Shown: positions 36,846 through 52,437 of the stretch, one piece after another | Numbering within the stretch: the stretch's first letter is position 1 | Layout: each line of letters begins with the position of its first letter | From: the human T2T-CHM13v2.0 reference genome, Homo sapiens | Strand: one strand, 5' to 3' | Length of the DNA stretch: 64,000 nt | Assembly: GCF_009914755.1 (NCBI RefSeq) | Contig: NC_060936.1 | Notes under the pieces: generated by a model | Databases searched by the model: none | Seen by the model: only the letters and a program-made list of their open reading frames with translations | What the model was told of the DNA's origin: nothing | Position numbers and translations under genes: made by a program

Positions 36846-39800
36846 AGCTACAGGGTAGGCAAGAGAAAAATAGGAATCTGACCTCAGACTGCCTTTATAT
36901 GTCTCATTTCCAGTAGGTCACATTTATGTTACCAAAGAAAACATTCAGCCACCTGGATCTTCTGGACATGAACTTTCTAGTCCCATAACATGCACGGATC
37001 CTAATCCCTGGCCTGCTGGAGGCTTGGGCTGATGTCAACCTAACAAGGGCTCTTGGAGTGATTGGCAGATACCCTCTAAAAAGACAAGGGTTAACTGCTC
37101 CAAACACCCACACTGGCAGTATGGCATCTCCGAGATCACCTGTTCAAGGTGTTTTGGTCCATGCATAGGTTGGCTCAGGAATAGATGCCTAGACATAGGC
37201 AGTGATGGTACTCACTCTAAGTACTCCATGTACTAGAGGAATCTTCCCCCATGTTCAGCCTGAGCCCCTGAAGACCTGTCCTGACAGTTCTCTGTCAACT
37301 GTAAATATTCCTCTTTCCCTAAGCAGTGTTCAGCATTCTTTGAAAAAAAAAAAAAAAGAAAAATTTCTAAGTTAGTATAAAGTCTCTAAATTAGTAGCAC
37401 TCTGAGCAACAATGTTGCTATGAACATACATAACTATACTATAAATAACCACATATAGAATTTCCCCTCTTTTTTATCTTGATTCCAAGGCCATACATCT
37501 AACTTATTTTTCACTTGGATACAATGTATTTTTTACTTTCTTTTCTCACTTCCTTCCTGAGCCCCTATCTTGTCATTAATGTTCTCTCCACTTCCTCAAA
37601 ATCTATCCAGTGTGCCATGGACACACCATGTTTAAACTAATACTCCTGCTAAATAACCAAAGATGATTCTGAGGTACATGGACATCTCTGTAGGTCTTTT
37701 TATTTGTGGTGACATCAGAAGCACATATCTTAATTCATCTCTTTAAAGAACATACTTAAAGAGTCAACAGAAGCAAAGGGGGAAAACAAGGAAAGAAGAT
37801 ATTGTTGTATTATCCTATTTTCACCAAGCATCAGGAACAAATGTAATAAATAAACATCTAAAATGAATAGAATTGTTTAAGTAATCCCAGAGGATGAACA
37901 GTAATAATGTACTTTTCAAAATTTGAGCCCCATTCCAACAGTGTGACAGGTAACTAATACTATTATGTTGAGTTAAGAAAATTCAGTTGGAAACAGGCAG
38001 TGAAAAACTCACCTAGTAAAGATAAATGAACACAAGCTTCAGCGGTGGTTATTTTCTGTATAACCGTGGGCAAGATTATTAAGCTCTCTTGGTTCCAGTT
38101 CTCTTACCTGTACAATGGTAATCATTCCTGAGGGACATTATTTGTTCACAAAATAAGTACAAGCTATGGAATCACAAAGATGTGTGATTGAATTCCACTT
38201 ATGTTGAACACTAGAGGAGTAATCACAGGCAAGTCAATTAACTTTTCTGAGCTTCACATTTTTCATGTAAAAAAACAGTGAAAATAAACCCTAACATAGA
38301 GAGTTATTTTTAAAATAATGAGATAACATAAATAAAATGCCTTGTTAGATGCCAGGAGCACTCTAAGCACTTTATAATTGATATTGATTATTATTTCTCA
38401 GAACACTAGGAGCTGCCACGAAGATTACTAATTGTAAGAGCCAAATACTGGGCCAAAAAATTCTTAATTTGTTCCATAAACATTTATTAAGCCTTGATAC
38501 ATAGAAGCCAATGTGCAGAAATAAACAAATGTATAAAACATTACTTTGCCCCAAATCAGTTATGATTTAGATGAGATATGGGACACGTATACACCTAACT
38601 ATTGGACCAGGCAGTCTGTTGGCTATCAGGTGCCTGATACTTGCCCAAACCAAGCCCATTAAGATACTAGAAGGAGTGTCTAGCTAGAGCAATACAGAGG
38701 TCAGAGGGAAGAGGTAGCCTTTGAGCTGGACTTTGAAGGAGCTGGACAGGCCAACATGTGAGTGAAGGACATCCAGGGGTGACAGATGTGAATTAGTCAA
38801 CAAAGTAGCCAAAATAATGGGCAAAGTTCATTTAATTTGGCCATATTTCTTTTACAAAATAGAAGTGATTGGCAGTAGTTAGCTTGCTAACCAATTATTA
38901 TGAGTTATCACAAAGTTGCCAATTTGGTTCCAACTTACAGATTCAGTCATAGTAAACGGAAATAAACCAATATTTTAAAATTCAAAACATGGAAGCCCTC
39001 CATGTAACTCCAAGAAATGTTCTCTTTAAATAGTTGAAGCAGAAATATGCCATGTCATTGAGAATATCACCTCTCTCAATACCAAATCAAGTTTGTTGGG
39101 CGATTTCTTTTAAGTAAACCCAACTGGAAATCAAAGTGACTTTTACTGAGGGAAGTTTTGCTGGATAAACATTTACCATACATTAATTTACCTCTTTAGC
39201 AATTAATTATATTTTAAGAGGGCTGGATTTAAAGGATTTGGAAGAATACCAAAATATAGTCAAATGATCTTATGCCATATGACTCTGTACCATATGTGAA
39301 CAAACTTAATTAAACTGATTTCAAAAAAAAAGATGTCACTGTTTGCCGACAGTGTGGATATAACCCTTGGAACCTAAACATTCCAAATATTGGAAATGAA
39401 GTCATAAAAGTAGTTCAACCGTGCAAAGATTTAATATCTTTTTAAAGACATAGACCTGAGTGAAAGGGATTATCTATTCATATGGTCAGAGTAAACAATC
39501 CACTTTGTGGCCCAACAGATGGAGGCTTTGAATCTGGGAAGGAGAAAGCAGAGAAGAATAAAAATGCAGAGCTTAAAATGACCATGGACTATGTTTTTAA
39601 AAGCTTTCTTCCCTACTCAGTGTGAGCCCAGAGGCTCATTATTGTAGGTAGAAGGAAACATAAAAATCCTTTGGGTGTGAAATTTATCAGTCTATATTAT
39701 TTATTCCTAGCAGGTATGCTTCATTTTTAATATGCATAGTTAATTTTGTAAAAACTGAAATAAGATTTTCATATTTTATTTTCTTTATTTGCAATAATTT

Positions 39801-40639
39801 ATTTCATTTTATTTTTATAAAGCTATGTTTTATAAGAAATGAAAAAGTTTCATGATTTTTAAAAAGGAACAAACTATAAAATCAGTATTTGATAAGAAAT
39901 TTCAAGACTATGAATTCTCAAGTTGATTCTCACTGCAACAAGTACCATTTTTTCAAAAAAAAACCATGATCAATGGTCTTCATCTTAATATTTTGAGTTA
40001 ATATTTAATTAAGATCATATTGGGAAATAGAAGTGTAAGTGTTATAGAAAAACATAAAACAACAAAGTTCTTTGCAGTTTCTCAGACTCATTCCTGCTTG
40101 AAAAAAATAGAGCCAGAACAAACTTTTTATTTGTTCTAGACCTCATAAAACAGCATGAAGCCTGGTAAATAAATTTGTCTAACATTCTGTGCATTTTATG
40201 TCAAAAAATTTTATATGTAATGAGATATTGTCTATGACATCAATATTTCTTGTACAGTTTCAAAAAGTAACTATTCATCATTCTATTTAGGGATAAAATG
40301 TTTAAATGCTATGAGATTGAAACTAATAAGCAAAAGTAAATTTCTGACCCTCTAGTGCCCAGGAATATTCCTAGGCCAGCTTGTCCTCCTCACACCCACC
40401 CCAATTCTTCTTTTCCTTTCTAATGAGTTCTTCTCCCTTTAAGATTCACTTTACTCATTGCCTTTGGTATGGGACTCACCCTAATTGCCCCTAGTCTAGC
40501 TGGGCCAAGCTTCCTGACTCCTCTGTACATGTCTCTAGTGGTTAGGCTTGTCCATACTGGTTGGGAATTTAAAGCTTTTTTAAATGGTCAGGTAGCCATA
40601 ATTGAACTGTTTAAGACTTAGTTATGAAGAGAAACAGTA

Positions 40640-40890
40640 GCTAATAGCTATTAAATGCTCAGCAGGGGCCCAGGCACTATGCTCAACCCTTTTACATGGA
40701 TGCCATTCCATTCTCCCAATAATCCTATAGGGTAGGCACTCTTATTATGCCTATTTTACCAATGAGGAAACTGAGGCTTGAAAAAGATAAGTAATACACC
40801 CAAAGTCATGATGCAAGTAATTAGCAAAGACAGAAATCACTTCAGCTCAGGTCTTTCTGCCTTCAGTCTGTTTCCTTAATCACTGTGGTG
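40640..40890 (-). mobile_element. MIR
   Basis: attttaccaatgaggaaactgaggct core. Confidence 0.7.
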
Positions 40891-41489
40891 CACTTCTTTT
40901 CCTTAGGGTCTTATTCTGTGCTTAAGACCTAAAATTCCTTTGAGTTGTAAATTTGAAATTTATAAGAAGGATTTATGAGAAGAAAACTTCATTTTCTTTG
41001 TAAAACAATGAATCCATTTTTCTTAGCAAACGTTTAGCCATTATACAATGAATTGTCGGCATACACCACCAATATTCATTTACATCTATGGAAATCAACA
41101 TGATTATGTTTTAACACCCACAATGCAAACATTATGGCCTGATATTACAGTAAGTCGATAGTAAAGTACTCAAAATAATTTGACTTAAACTCTAAAGCAG
41201 AGTGTTCGGAGCCAACCAATAATTCAGATAATCCACTCAAGTCAAGGCAATTATGCATTTAAAGGTTCTATGTGAAGAAAACGTTTTTAATTCAAAAATC
41301 AAGTTGTCTTTCAAATGTCGTTAAACATATTTGTTATATTTATACATATATTACATGTATAATATATTTCTGACCCCTTTGAAAAGCATAGAGACATGAC
41401 AGATTGAGAAAATTCCGAAGAGTAAAGAAGTCATTAAGGAAGTGAATTTGTAGTTTTTTGAGGCAGCCTTCTGGGAATCAAATAGAAAT

Positions 41490-41660
41490 GGAATAGGATC
41501 CTAGTCCAACACCCTCTAGCTGTGAGACCTTGCACAAACCACTTGACCTCTTTGTGTCTTAATTTCTCCATCTGTAAAAATGGTTTCTGGAAAGAATTAA
41601 ATGTAATTATGTATGTGAAAGTGCCTTTCACAGTGTTTGGTATATGGTTGACTATTTTTT
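41490..41660 (+). mobile_element. MIR
   Basis: agctgtgagaccttgcacaaaccacttgacctctttgtgtcttaatttctccatctgtaaaa. Confidence 0.7.
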
Positions 41661-42846
41661 TAATGTTAATTCCTTTCCTTTGAAAGTTTTACATATAATT
41701 GTTGAACCCCAACTAATATTCTAGACATGGTTCATTCTCTGTGAATACATAGATTGAAGATAGAATTTGGCCTCCAAAATGGTCCACAGTTTAGTGGGTA
41801 AGAATGATCAGAAAACCAACTAATAAAACACAACATTAAATGTGTTGCCATAGAGATGACCACAGAGTGGAGGGAGGAATCAAGCTTGAGTCGGGGCCCT
41901 GAGGGAGGTCATATTAGAAGGAGACGCTTAAGATGAGTCTTAAAAGTTCAGAGGATTGGAGTTAGTTTGGGGAGGCCAATCCAAGTTTGTGAATACTCAT
42001 GGAGATTAGAAGCAAGTTTTCTTTACTTATGTTTTTTCATTTAAACCTCACAACAACCCTTGAAGTTACATGTAACTGTTCTTACCTTCCAGACAATGAA
42101 AAGGCAGGACTTAAAGAGTAATTATTAATTTTTATACATATGAATAACAGAAAATAAATAAAGCTGACAATAATATGCTACCATGAGTCAAAGACAGCAA
42201 AAGATGATGGTTGACTAAGACCAGCTGGTCCAGAATCTCGACATAAGTGAAGGAAGAAACTAAAATAATTTTAGTTTCAACTCTAGACTCAGTCTAGATT
42301 TCTAAAGAGAGCAAAATCCTATTGGAAGTCCTTAGAGTAGTGAAAAATTTGGGAATAAATAAGAAAATCTCCTATTCTTACACTATCCCATATCTGTTTT
42401 CCCTGGTTCAATTCAATCCGAGAGAGAAGGCAGGCACTCACAAGAGGCCGCTGAACAAACAGGGACTACCCAGTTTCAGTACAGCACATATTAAATAAGA
42501 GAACAAACTCAAACACACAGGGCTGACAATACCAAGTGATGCAAATCAGTCTGCTTTATGTTATCATGCTGAAAGACTAATATTACCCATTCGTTAGGAA
42601 ACAAAAGCCAGGGTAAGTGAGCAAACCAGTCAATCCTTAGATTTTCTAACCTTCCAGGAAAGAGTTACAAATGTCAACATTGACTCACCAGGGCTAGTTG
42701 CTATTCAAAAAGAAAGTCCTGTTTTTCCCACTAAGGTTTTTGTTCAAGTTATGACAATATTCCCTGTAGAACATCAGTTTCTGCAGTTAGACTCATGATC
42801 TTAGTTGATGCAAATAATATTTTTCCACTTTTAAGAAATCAAAGAC

Positions 42847-42896
<50 letters not shown>
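42847..42896. repeat. (ATCT)n STR, about 12 units
   Basis: Pure tetranucleotide run. Confidence 0.95.
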
Positions 42897-43665
42897 GTTT
42901 GATTTTCTAAAGAAGTATAGTATGTTTTACTTCTTGGAATGTCGGCTAAGATTTTTTAGGTTTAGATTAAAATGCAAGGAGGTTTATCAGCTCATATAAC
43001 TGAGATAGGCCTTGCTTCAGGAATGCCTTAATTGGGGGTTCCAATTATATCACGAGACCCTGGCTTTCCTGTCTCTCAGTTTTTCTCTCTTCCATGTTGG
43101 CTCCTTTCCTATGTTGTGGTTGCAAGACGGCTTCCACAGCCCCAGAGCTAACATCTTTCACCTTCACATCCAGCAGAAAAGCACAAGCCTTTTCTCCAAC
43201 AGCACCTACATTTTAAAGCCCAGAGATGCAGTACAATTGGTATAGCTTCGAACTGCACCCATCCTGAATAAACCAACCATCATGGCCACTGGGATGCAAA
43301 ATGTTGCTAACCCAGGGAAAGGAAAGGGAAACAATGAATGTCCAGTGCTCTTGTTCATGAAATATTGTTCAAGAGTTCCCCCAAAGGACAGAGGGAGAGG
43401 ATAAAAGCAAATTAAACTGATCTTCAAGAAATGTTAGGTGAGAAAGAGTTCACTATTCCTGTAGATGTTGACTTATAGCAGTCACGTGACTTCAACAGAA
43501 AGTTTTATTTTCTATCTTTCTTGTTTTCTCCAATGCCACTTTTTCTTGGTTCCCTTGTTCTCTAATCACTTCTCAGAATCCTTCACAAGCTTTTTCCCTC
43601 CCACCTGTTCCCTTGAGTGTAAGTGTGTTCTTTCAGGGTTCTACCCTTGAGATTCTTTTATCACT

Positions 43666-43700
43666 GTGTGTGTGTGTGTGTGTGCATGTGTGTGTGTGTC
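43666..43700. repeat. (TG)n microsatellite
   Basis: Interrupted TG run. Confidence 0.9.
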
Positions 43701-44742
43701 TGTCTGAATGAGTCCATCTACTCCCATGACTTCAAACATTACTCAAATCCATATTTCAAATTCAGACCCCTCTTTGGTAATCCTAAAGACCACCCCTTTC
43801 TGGCACTTAAGTGACAATCACTCATTCATTCATTCACCTAGTGTTTATCAAGCAACTGTGATATGCCATTCACTACTTGATATGCTAGGATGACAACAAA
43901 GCAAACTCAAGAAGTCATTCCTGACCTCATGGGCTGGTCATGCTGGCATGAAAGGCTGGCACCATCAGACACTTGGTTGCAAATTTACAGTCAATGACCA
44001 CAAACAGCAACCAACTTCTACACCATCCCCCTTTCCCAACCCCACTATAGCAACTAGATGTGCCTAGCTTCCAGAGATCTCTACAAGCTTTGATTTGTCC
44101 GTTGACATCTCTTCCTCATGATGCTGGTTAGTGCCTCTTCTTTGATCCTCTAATTCCCTTACACAAACTTTAATGCCCAGCTCTTTCTGCATTGGGGAAA
44201 TTCCAATTTCTATAATACATTCCTTAATCTGTATTATTCATACAGTGTTCTGCTTCCTTATTTGAACCCTGACTGAAAATTGCAGTCCTTGTGCTGAGTC
44301 TGTAACCCAAGGGTTTTATATATTAATAGCATGTTTTACATCTCCCACTATACGTTCTGTAGAAAGGACAAGAGATTGCTCAAACAAAGGAAGAGAAACT
44401 TGACCATACACCCTTATTACCTCAACTAATTTTGAACATGGCCTGCATAGTATGACACCTACTAGGACTTAAAGTACCAGTATTGGTCATGAAAATCCTT
44501 CACATTTACAGTGTTTCATAATTTTTAAATGCTTTCATATATATCAATTAATCTTCACAACTGCTACAAGTGATTGTTTATTGCTACGCACTGTATTCAC
44601 TGCACTAGATCAGACACTATATATAAGCATATAAGACCTTCACCATGTAATGAAATAAAAATATAAATTTTCTTAACACTGACCACCAAGGTGTCTTTTA
44701 AGACAGAAATTACTTGGGGGCAGGAGGTATATTGATAAACAA

Positions 44743-46597
44743 TTTATTTTATTTTATTTTACTTTAAGTTCTGGGATACATGTGCTGAATATGCAGGTTT
44801 GTTACGTAGGTATACATGTGCCATGGTGGTTTGCTGCACCTATCAACTCATCATCTAGGTTTTAAGCCCTGCATGCATAAGGTATTTGTCCTAATGCTCT
44901 CTCTCCCCCCAAAAATTCTTTTTTATGGCTGCATAGTATTCCATGGTGTATATGTGCCACATTTTCTTTATCCAGTCTATAATTGACGGGTATTTGGGTA
45001 GGTTCCAAGTCCTTGATATTGTAAATAGTGCTGCAATAAACATATGTGTGCATAGGTCTTTATAGTAGAATTATTTATAATCCTTTGGGTATGTACCCAG
45101 TAATGGGATTGCTGGGTTAAATGGTACTTCTGGTTCTATATCCTTGAGGAATTGCCACACTGTCTTCCACAATGGCTGAACTAATTTACACTCCTACCAA
45201 CAGTGTAAAAGCATTCCTATTTCTCCACATCCTCCCCATCATCTGTTGTCTCCTGACTTTTTAATGATCACCATTCTAACTGGTGTGAGATGGTATCCCA
45301 TTGCAGTTTTGATTTGCATGTTGCTAATGACCAGTGATGATGAGCTGTTTTTCATATGTTTGTTGGCCACATAGATGTCTTCTTTTGAGAAGTGTCTGTT
45401 CATGTCCTTTGCCCACTTTTTGATGGGGTTGTTTGTTTTTTTCTTGTAAATTTGTTTATGTTCCATGTAGATTCTGGATATTAGCCCTTTGTCAAATGAA
45501 TAGATTGCAAAAATTTTCTCCCATTCTACCCAACAGGTAGGTTGCCTGTTCACTCTGATGATCGGTTCTTTTGCTGTGCAGAAGCTCTTTAGTTTATTTA
45601 GATCCCATTTGTCAATGTTGGCTTTTGTTGCCATTGCTTTTGGTGTTTTAATCATGAAGTCTTTGCCCATGCCCATGTCCTGAATAGTATTACCTAGGTT
45701 TTCTTCCAGGATTTTTTTAATGTTTTAGGTCTTACGTTTAAGTCTTTAATCCATCTTGAGTTAATTTTTGTATAAGGTGTAAGGAAGGGGTCCAGTTTCT
45801 GTTTTCTGCATATGGCTAGCCAGTTTTCCCAGCACCATTTATTAAATAGGGAATGCTTTCTCCATTGCTTGTTTTTGTCAGGTTTGTCAAAGATCAGATG
45901 GTTGTAGGTGTGTGGTGTTATTTCTAAGGCCTCTGTTCTGTTCCGTTGGTCTATATATCTGTTTTGGTACCAATATCATGCTGTTTTCGTTACTGTAGCC
46001 TTATAGTACAGTTTGAAGTTAGGTAGCATGATGCCTCCAGCTTTGTTCTTTTTGCTTAGGATTGTCCTGGTTATACATGCTCTTTTTTGTTCTATTTGAA
46101 ATTTAAAGTAGTTTTTTTCTAATTCTGTGAAGAAAGTCAATGGCAGCTTGATAGGAACAGCATTAAATCTAAACATTACTTTGGACAGTATGGGCATTTT
46201 AATGATATTGATTCTTCCTATCCATGAGCATGGAATTTTTTTCCATCCGTTTATTTCCTCTCTTATTTCCTTGAGCAGAGGTTTGTAGTTCTCCTTGAAG
46301 AGGTCCTTCATGTCCCTTGTAAGTTGTATCCCTAAGTATTTTATTTTACTTGTAGCAATTGTGAATGGGACTTCACTCATGATTTGGCTCTCTGCTTGTC
46401 TACATTTGGTGTATAGGAACGCTTGCGATTTTTGCACATTGATTTTGTATTCTGAGACTTTGCTGAAGTTGAAGTTTTTAAAGTAAACTTTCACTCCTGC
46501 TTTAAAACTTGCCTCATTCTCCCCTACCTTATGCCCCTCAGTCAAATTCTTGCCCCATGATCTCAGCCCAAAAACTCCTTAAGGTGATAAACAACTT
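44743..46597 (-). mobile_element. 5'-truncated, 5'-inverted L1PA with a 3'UTR deletion (~44910) and a junction filler
   Basis: ORF2 fragments 45239-45676 and 45976-46471; opposite-strand L1 piece 46553-46597. Confidence 0.88.
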
Positions 46598-47730
46598 TGT
46601 CCACTTTTTAATGGGTTTTTTTTTTCTTGTAAATTTGTTTAAGTTCTTCATACATTCTAGATGTTAGGCCTTTGTCAAATGGATAGATTGAAAATTTTTC
46701 TCCCACTCGGTAGGTTGTCTGTTTGCTCTGATGACAGTTTATTTTGTTGTGCAGAAGCTCTTTAGTTTAATTAGATACCATTTGTCAATTTTTGCTTTTG
46801 TTGCAGTTGCTTTTGGTGATTTTGTCATGAATTATTTGCCCATGCGTATGTCCTGAATGGTATTCCCTAGATTTTCTTCTAGGGTTTTTATAGTTTTGAG
46901 ATTTACATTTAAGTCTTTAATCCATCTTGAGTTAATTTTTGTATAAGGTGTAAGAAATGAGTCCAGTTTCAATTTTCTGCATATGGCTAGCCACTTTTTC
47001 CAGCACCATTTATTAAATAGGGGATCCTTTCCCGGTTGCTTGTTTTTGTCAGGTTAGTCAAAGATCAGGTAACAAACCTGCACATTCAGCACATGTATCC
47101 CAGAACTTAAAGTGAAATATAATTTTTTGAAAATCAATGTTCATCAGGGATATTGGCCTGAAGTTTGCTCTTTTTTTGTTGCATCTTTGCCAGGTTTTGG
47201 TATCAGGATGATGCTGGCCTCTGAAGGCATCACATTACCTCACTTCAAACTACACTACGAGGCTACAGTAACCAAAACAGCATAGTGCTGGTACAAAAAC
47301 AGACACATAGACCAGTGAAACAGAATAGAGAACTCAGGAATAAGATAGCACATCTACAACCATCTATGTAGCCATAAAAAGGAACAATATCATGTCCTTT
47401 ACAGGGACATGGATGGAGCTGGAAACCATTATCCTCAAACTAATACGGGAACAGAAAACAAAACACTGCGTGTCCTCACTTATAAGTGGGAGCTGAGCAA
47501 TGAGAATACATGGACACAGGAAGGGGAACAACACAAACTGGGGCCTGCTGGGGGATTGTGTGGGGAAGGGAGACCATCAGGAAAAATAGCTAACGCATTC
47601 TGGGCTGAATACCTAGGTGATGGTTTGATAGGTACAGGAAATCACCATGGCACACGTTTACCTCTGTAACAAACCTGCACATCCTGCACGAGTACCCCAT
47701 AACTTAAAATAGAAATTAAAAATTTTTTTA
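46598..47730. mobile_element. Patchwork of L1 fragments in alternating orientation
   Basis: Minus ORF2 46598-47068; plus 3' end 47069-47120; minus ORF2 ~47133-47221; plus ORF2 ~47225-47365; plus 3'UTR 47366-47730. Confidence 0.8.
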
Positions 47731-47880
47731 AATTATAAATGTTTCATGCATCCTTCAAAAAATATGTATTCTGTAAGTGTTTTATGCAAGATTCTATTTA
47801 TATATTCATTATATCAACTTTTATTATCGTATTGTCAAGCTTTCTGTTCTCCTACTAATTTTTATCATACAGAATATGTG

Positions 47881-48256
<376 letters not shown>

Positions 48257-48559
48257 TTATTTCTCCTTGAAATTATCCATTTATTCCTCTATATATTTTT
48301 GAGAACTATTTTCCTAGGAGTATACAAGTTCATTATTATATACACTGTTAGTGAATTGTTTTCTATTTAATAATACTATTTCTTTTTCTTTCTTTTTAAA
48401 AATTACTTATCGTTTGTTTTAAGGACCATTTAGTCTAAAATTAATATGTTAAACCACCCATATTTTGATTTAAACTTGCCTAGTACATTTTTTCTATCCC
48501 GTTACTTCAAAAGTTTCTGCTTAAATATGTCATTATTATATCTATTATAAAGAATATAT

Positions 48560-49331
<772 letters not shown>

Positions 49332-49650
49332 TTATTTACTGAAAACCACAGTGGGCCAATTTGAGAACACCTAAGAAACTGAAAATAGATTTTTCTCTCC
49401 TAATACCAAGTGAGTTGAAAGAGCATGAAGTAAGGATTAAAGGGGTTGGAGCAGCTTAACTGTTGTGAAATCTCAAAACTGAAATGGGTTCCTTTCTAAT
49501 ACAGGAAACACCTATGGAGAAACCACTAGAAATAGAATAAAAAATGAACAAGTTGGGGAAAACAGAGCCTAAAACAGAAGATTCTTGGTTGGGGAAGATA
49601 ACCAAGAAATATCAAGAAACAAGCAATTATATATTTTTAACATTACATAA

Positions 49651-50165
49651 AATTTACACTCCTACAAGCAGTGTATAGACATTCCCTTTTTCTCCACAAC
49701 CTCACCAGCATCTGTTATTTTTTGACTTTTAATAATAGCTATTCTGACTGTGTGAGATAGTGTCTCATTGTGGTTTTGACTGGATAAAAAAATGCAGTAC
49801 ATATACACCATGAAATATTATACAGCCATAAAAAAGAATTAGATCATGTCCTTTGCATTTGCTAAGGCCATTATCCTTAGCAAACTAATGCAGGAACAGA
49901 AAACCAAATACTGCATATTCTCACTTAAAAGTGGAAACTACATGATGAGAACACATGGACACATAGAGGGAAACAACACACACTGGAGCCTTTCAAAGGG
50001 CGGAGGTGGGAGGAGGGAGAAGATCAGAAAAATAACTAATGGGTACTCAACTTAATACCTGGGTAATGAAATAATCTGTATAACAAACCCCTATGATGCA
50101 ATGACACAAATTTACCTTAACAAACTTGCACATATACCCCTGAATATAAAATAAAGTTAAAAAAA
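49651..50165 (+). mobile_element. Short L1 (L1PB/L1MA-like) with 5' inversion
   Basis: Antisense ORF2 piece ~49651-49778 joined to a sense 3' end and A-tail. Confidence 0.8.
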
Positions 50166-50169
50166 GAAA

Positions 50170-51920
50170 TGAGCCAATAAGGAGCTCAATATTATTTTCA
50201 GAGATGATTAAAGCATGCTTAAAAAGTTATACCCACAAAACAAAACAAAATACAACTTCCGTTTCAAAATCAACTCAAAGACATTAAAGTATACAAGACA
50301 TGAAGAAGCAATAAAAATCAGAATTTTTAAATCTGAGAACTGAAGTGATAGAAAATAATTAGAAATAAAAGAACATATCATTTTGAAAATGAAGACTAAA
50401 CTAGGATACAGTGTGGAAAACACATAGTTAAGGGAAACAGAAGGCAGAAAGGAACATTTCTTAAAGTCAAAGGAGAATAATGAGGTAAAGGGGTTCAAGA
50501 GAAAGTAACAAATACAAAAATAGCAAAGAATATCTAATATAGAGATACTAGGAGTCCCTGAAGAAAAAAACAAAGCAAGAAGAGAACAAAATTATAATTA
50601 AAGAAAACTTTCCTGATATTTAAAAAAAGATTTAAAGCAACATATTGAAACAACATACTGACTACCTGAGACTATTGACCCAGAATGACCAATATCAAAA
50701 AAAATTCTAATAAAATTAATAAAGATTTTTTTAAAATCCTATGGTCATCTAGAAAAGAAAAGTCACGTGACTTATAAAGAAAATAAAATTAGATTTCCAC
50801 CAGACTTTTAACAGCAACACGTTATTTCTGAAGAAAATAGAGTAGCATCAGTAAGCTGTTTAAAACAAGAAAGTATAAGCTCAGAGTTTTATATTTATTA
50901 AAACAGACTTTAGAGAATAAAAGATACACACAAACTTTCATCAACATTCAAGACTACATGGAATATTATCCCAGTGAGCCCTTCCTGAGGACTTTACTAG
51001 GTAACTAAGTTTTAAACAATCAAAATAGAGAACTAAGTCTAAATAATAGCTTAAGAAGAGAGTAGAGCAGCCAATGGATGAATGCTGTGATCATATAGAT
51101 ATCGTAAACTGCCCTAAAAAAGTGATCAGAATAAAAATAGATATGTCAGCTAACAAAAATCTTCAGCAAATGCATAATTAATAATGAAGCATTCAATTTA
51201 AAGGAATAAACAAGTCAAAGACACCCCATCACCACATCACCATTATACCAGTGGTCCAAGCCAACACAATAGGGCAAAGATATTATATTGAATTATAACA
51301 TCTTGTTTTTTGATTTATATATATATGTTTTAAAAATATATAGAGAAATCAAAAAATAAGAATAAAATATTATAATTCAGATATGATAGTCCAAGAGACT
51401 ATACAAACCATTAGAACTAACGAAGATCCAAAAAAGTCCTGTATATAAGATCAATGACCAAAAACCTTGTCTCTATATATCAATAAAAACAATCAGAATA
51501 TGTATTCTTTCAGGGTACCTTTGCAAATAGCATCAAAACCTATATGATACTTAGGAACAAATATAACTGAAGTTTTGCAAGATTTTAATGAAGAAAAAAT
51601 CAAAATACACAAAAGGGGATTGAAATAAGTGGAGAATTATACTATGTTCATGGATGGGAAGATTCAACACCATAAAGATATCAGTCCTCGTCAAATTTAT
51701 CTGTCAATTTAACATAATTTTAAGTTGAACCCCACTAATATGCTGATCATAAAATTCACATAAGAGAAAAAATGGCCAAGCAATTTTTAAAAACAAGGTG
51801 GTGTTCTTGCCCTACAAGACATAGAAAGTTGTGGTAATTAAGATAAGTTGTTCTTGGTACATGGATAGGCAAACAGACCAATTGAATAGGGCAAAGAACC
51901 TAGAAACAGAACCACATAAC
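50170..51920 (+). mobile_element. Degraded ancient L1M (ORF1/ORF2 remnants)
   Basis: A-rich; ggagtccctgaag, tgttcatggatgggaagattcaa and aaacagaccaattgaatag are L1-like. Confidence 0.6.
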
Positions 51921-52081
51921 GGAAAATTTAAAGCCTAAGCCATAATTATATTTTAGTAGATTTTGTTTTAGTGAATTCAATAGTTTGTCAGGGCTCAGAT
52001 TTCACTACATTAAGACTCTGAACTGAAATTGGATTATAACAAGAACAGTTCTCCTAGAGTCAATTTGTTGTCTTACCTTTG

Positions 52082-52437
<356 letters not shown>

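Noticed and set aside
37343-37363. A-run as a retrocopy tail (likewise 33973-33994)
   Set aside because: No upstream AATAAA or flanking TSD found
45976-46545. 189-aa chimeric ORF (filler fused to ORF2)
   Set aside because: Non-ATG start, no promoter evidence, truncated ORF2; an accidental in-frame junction
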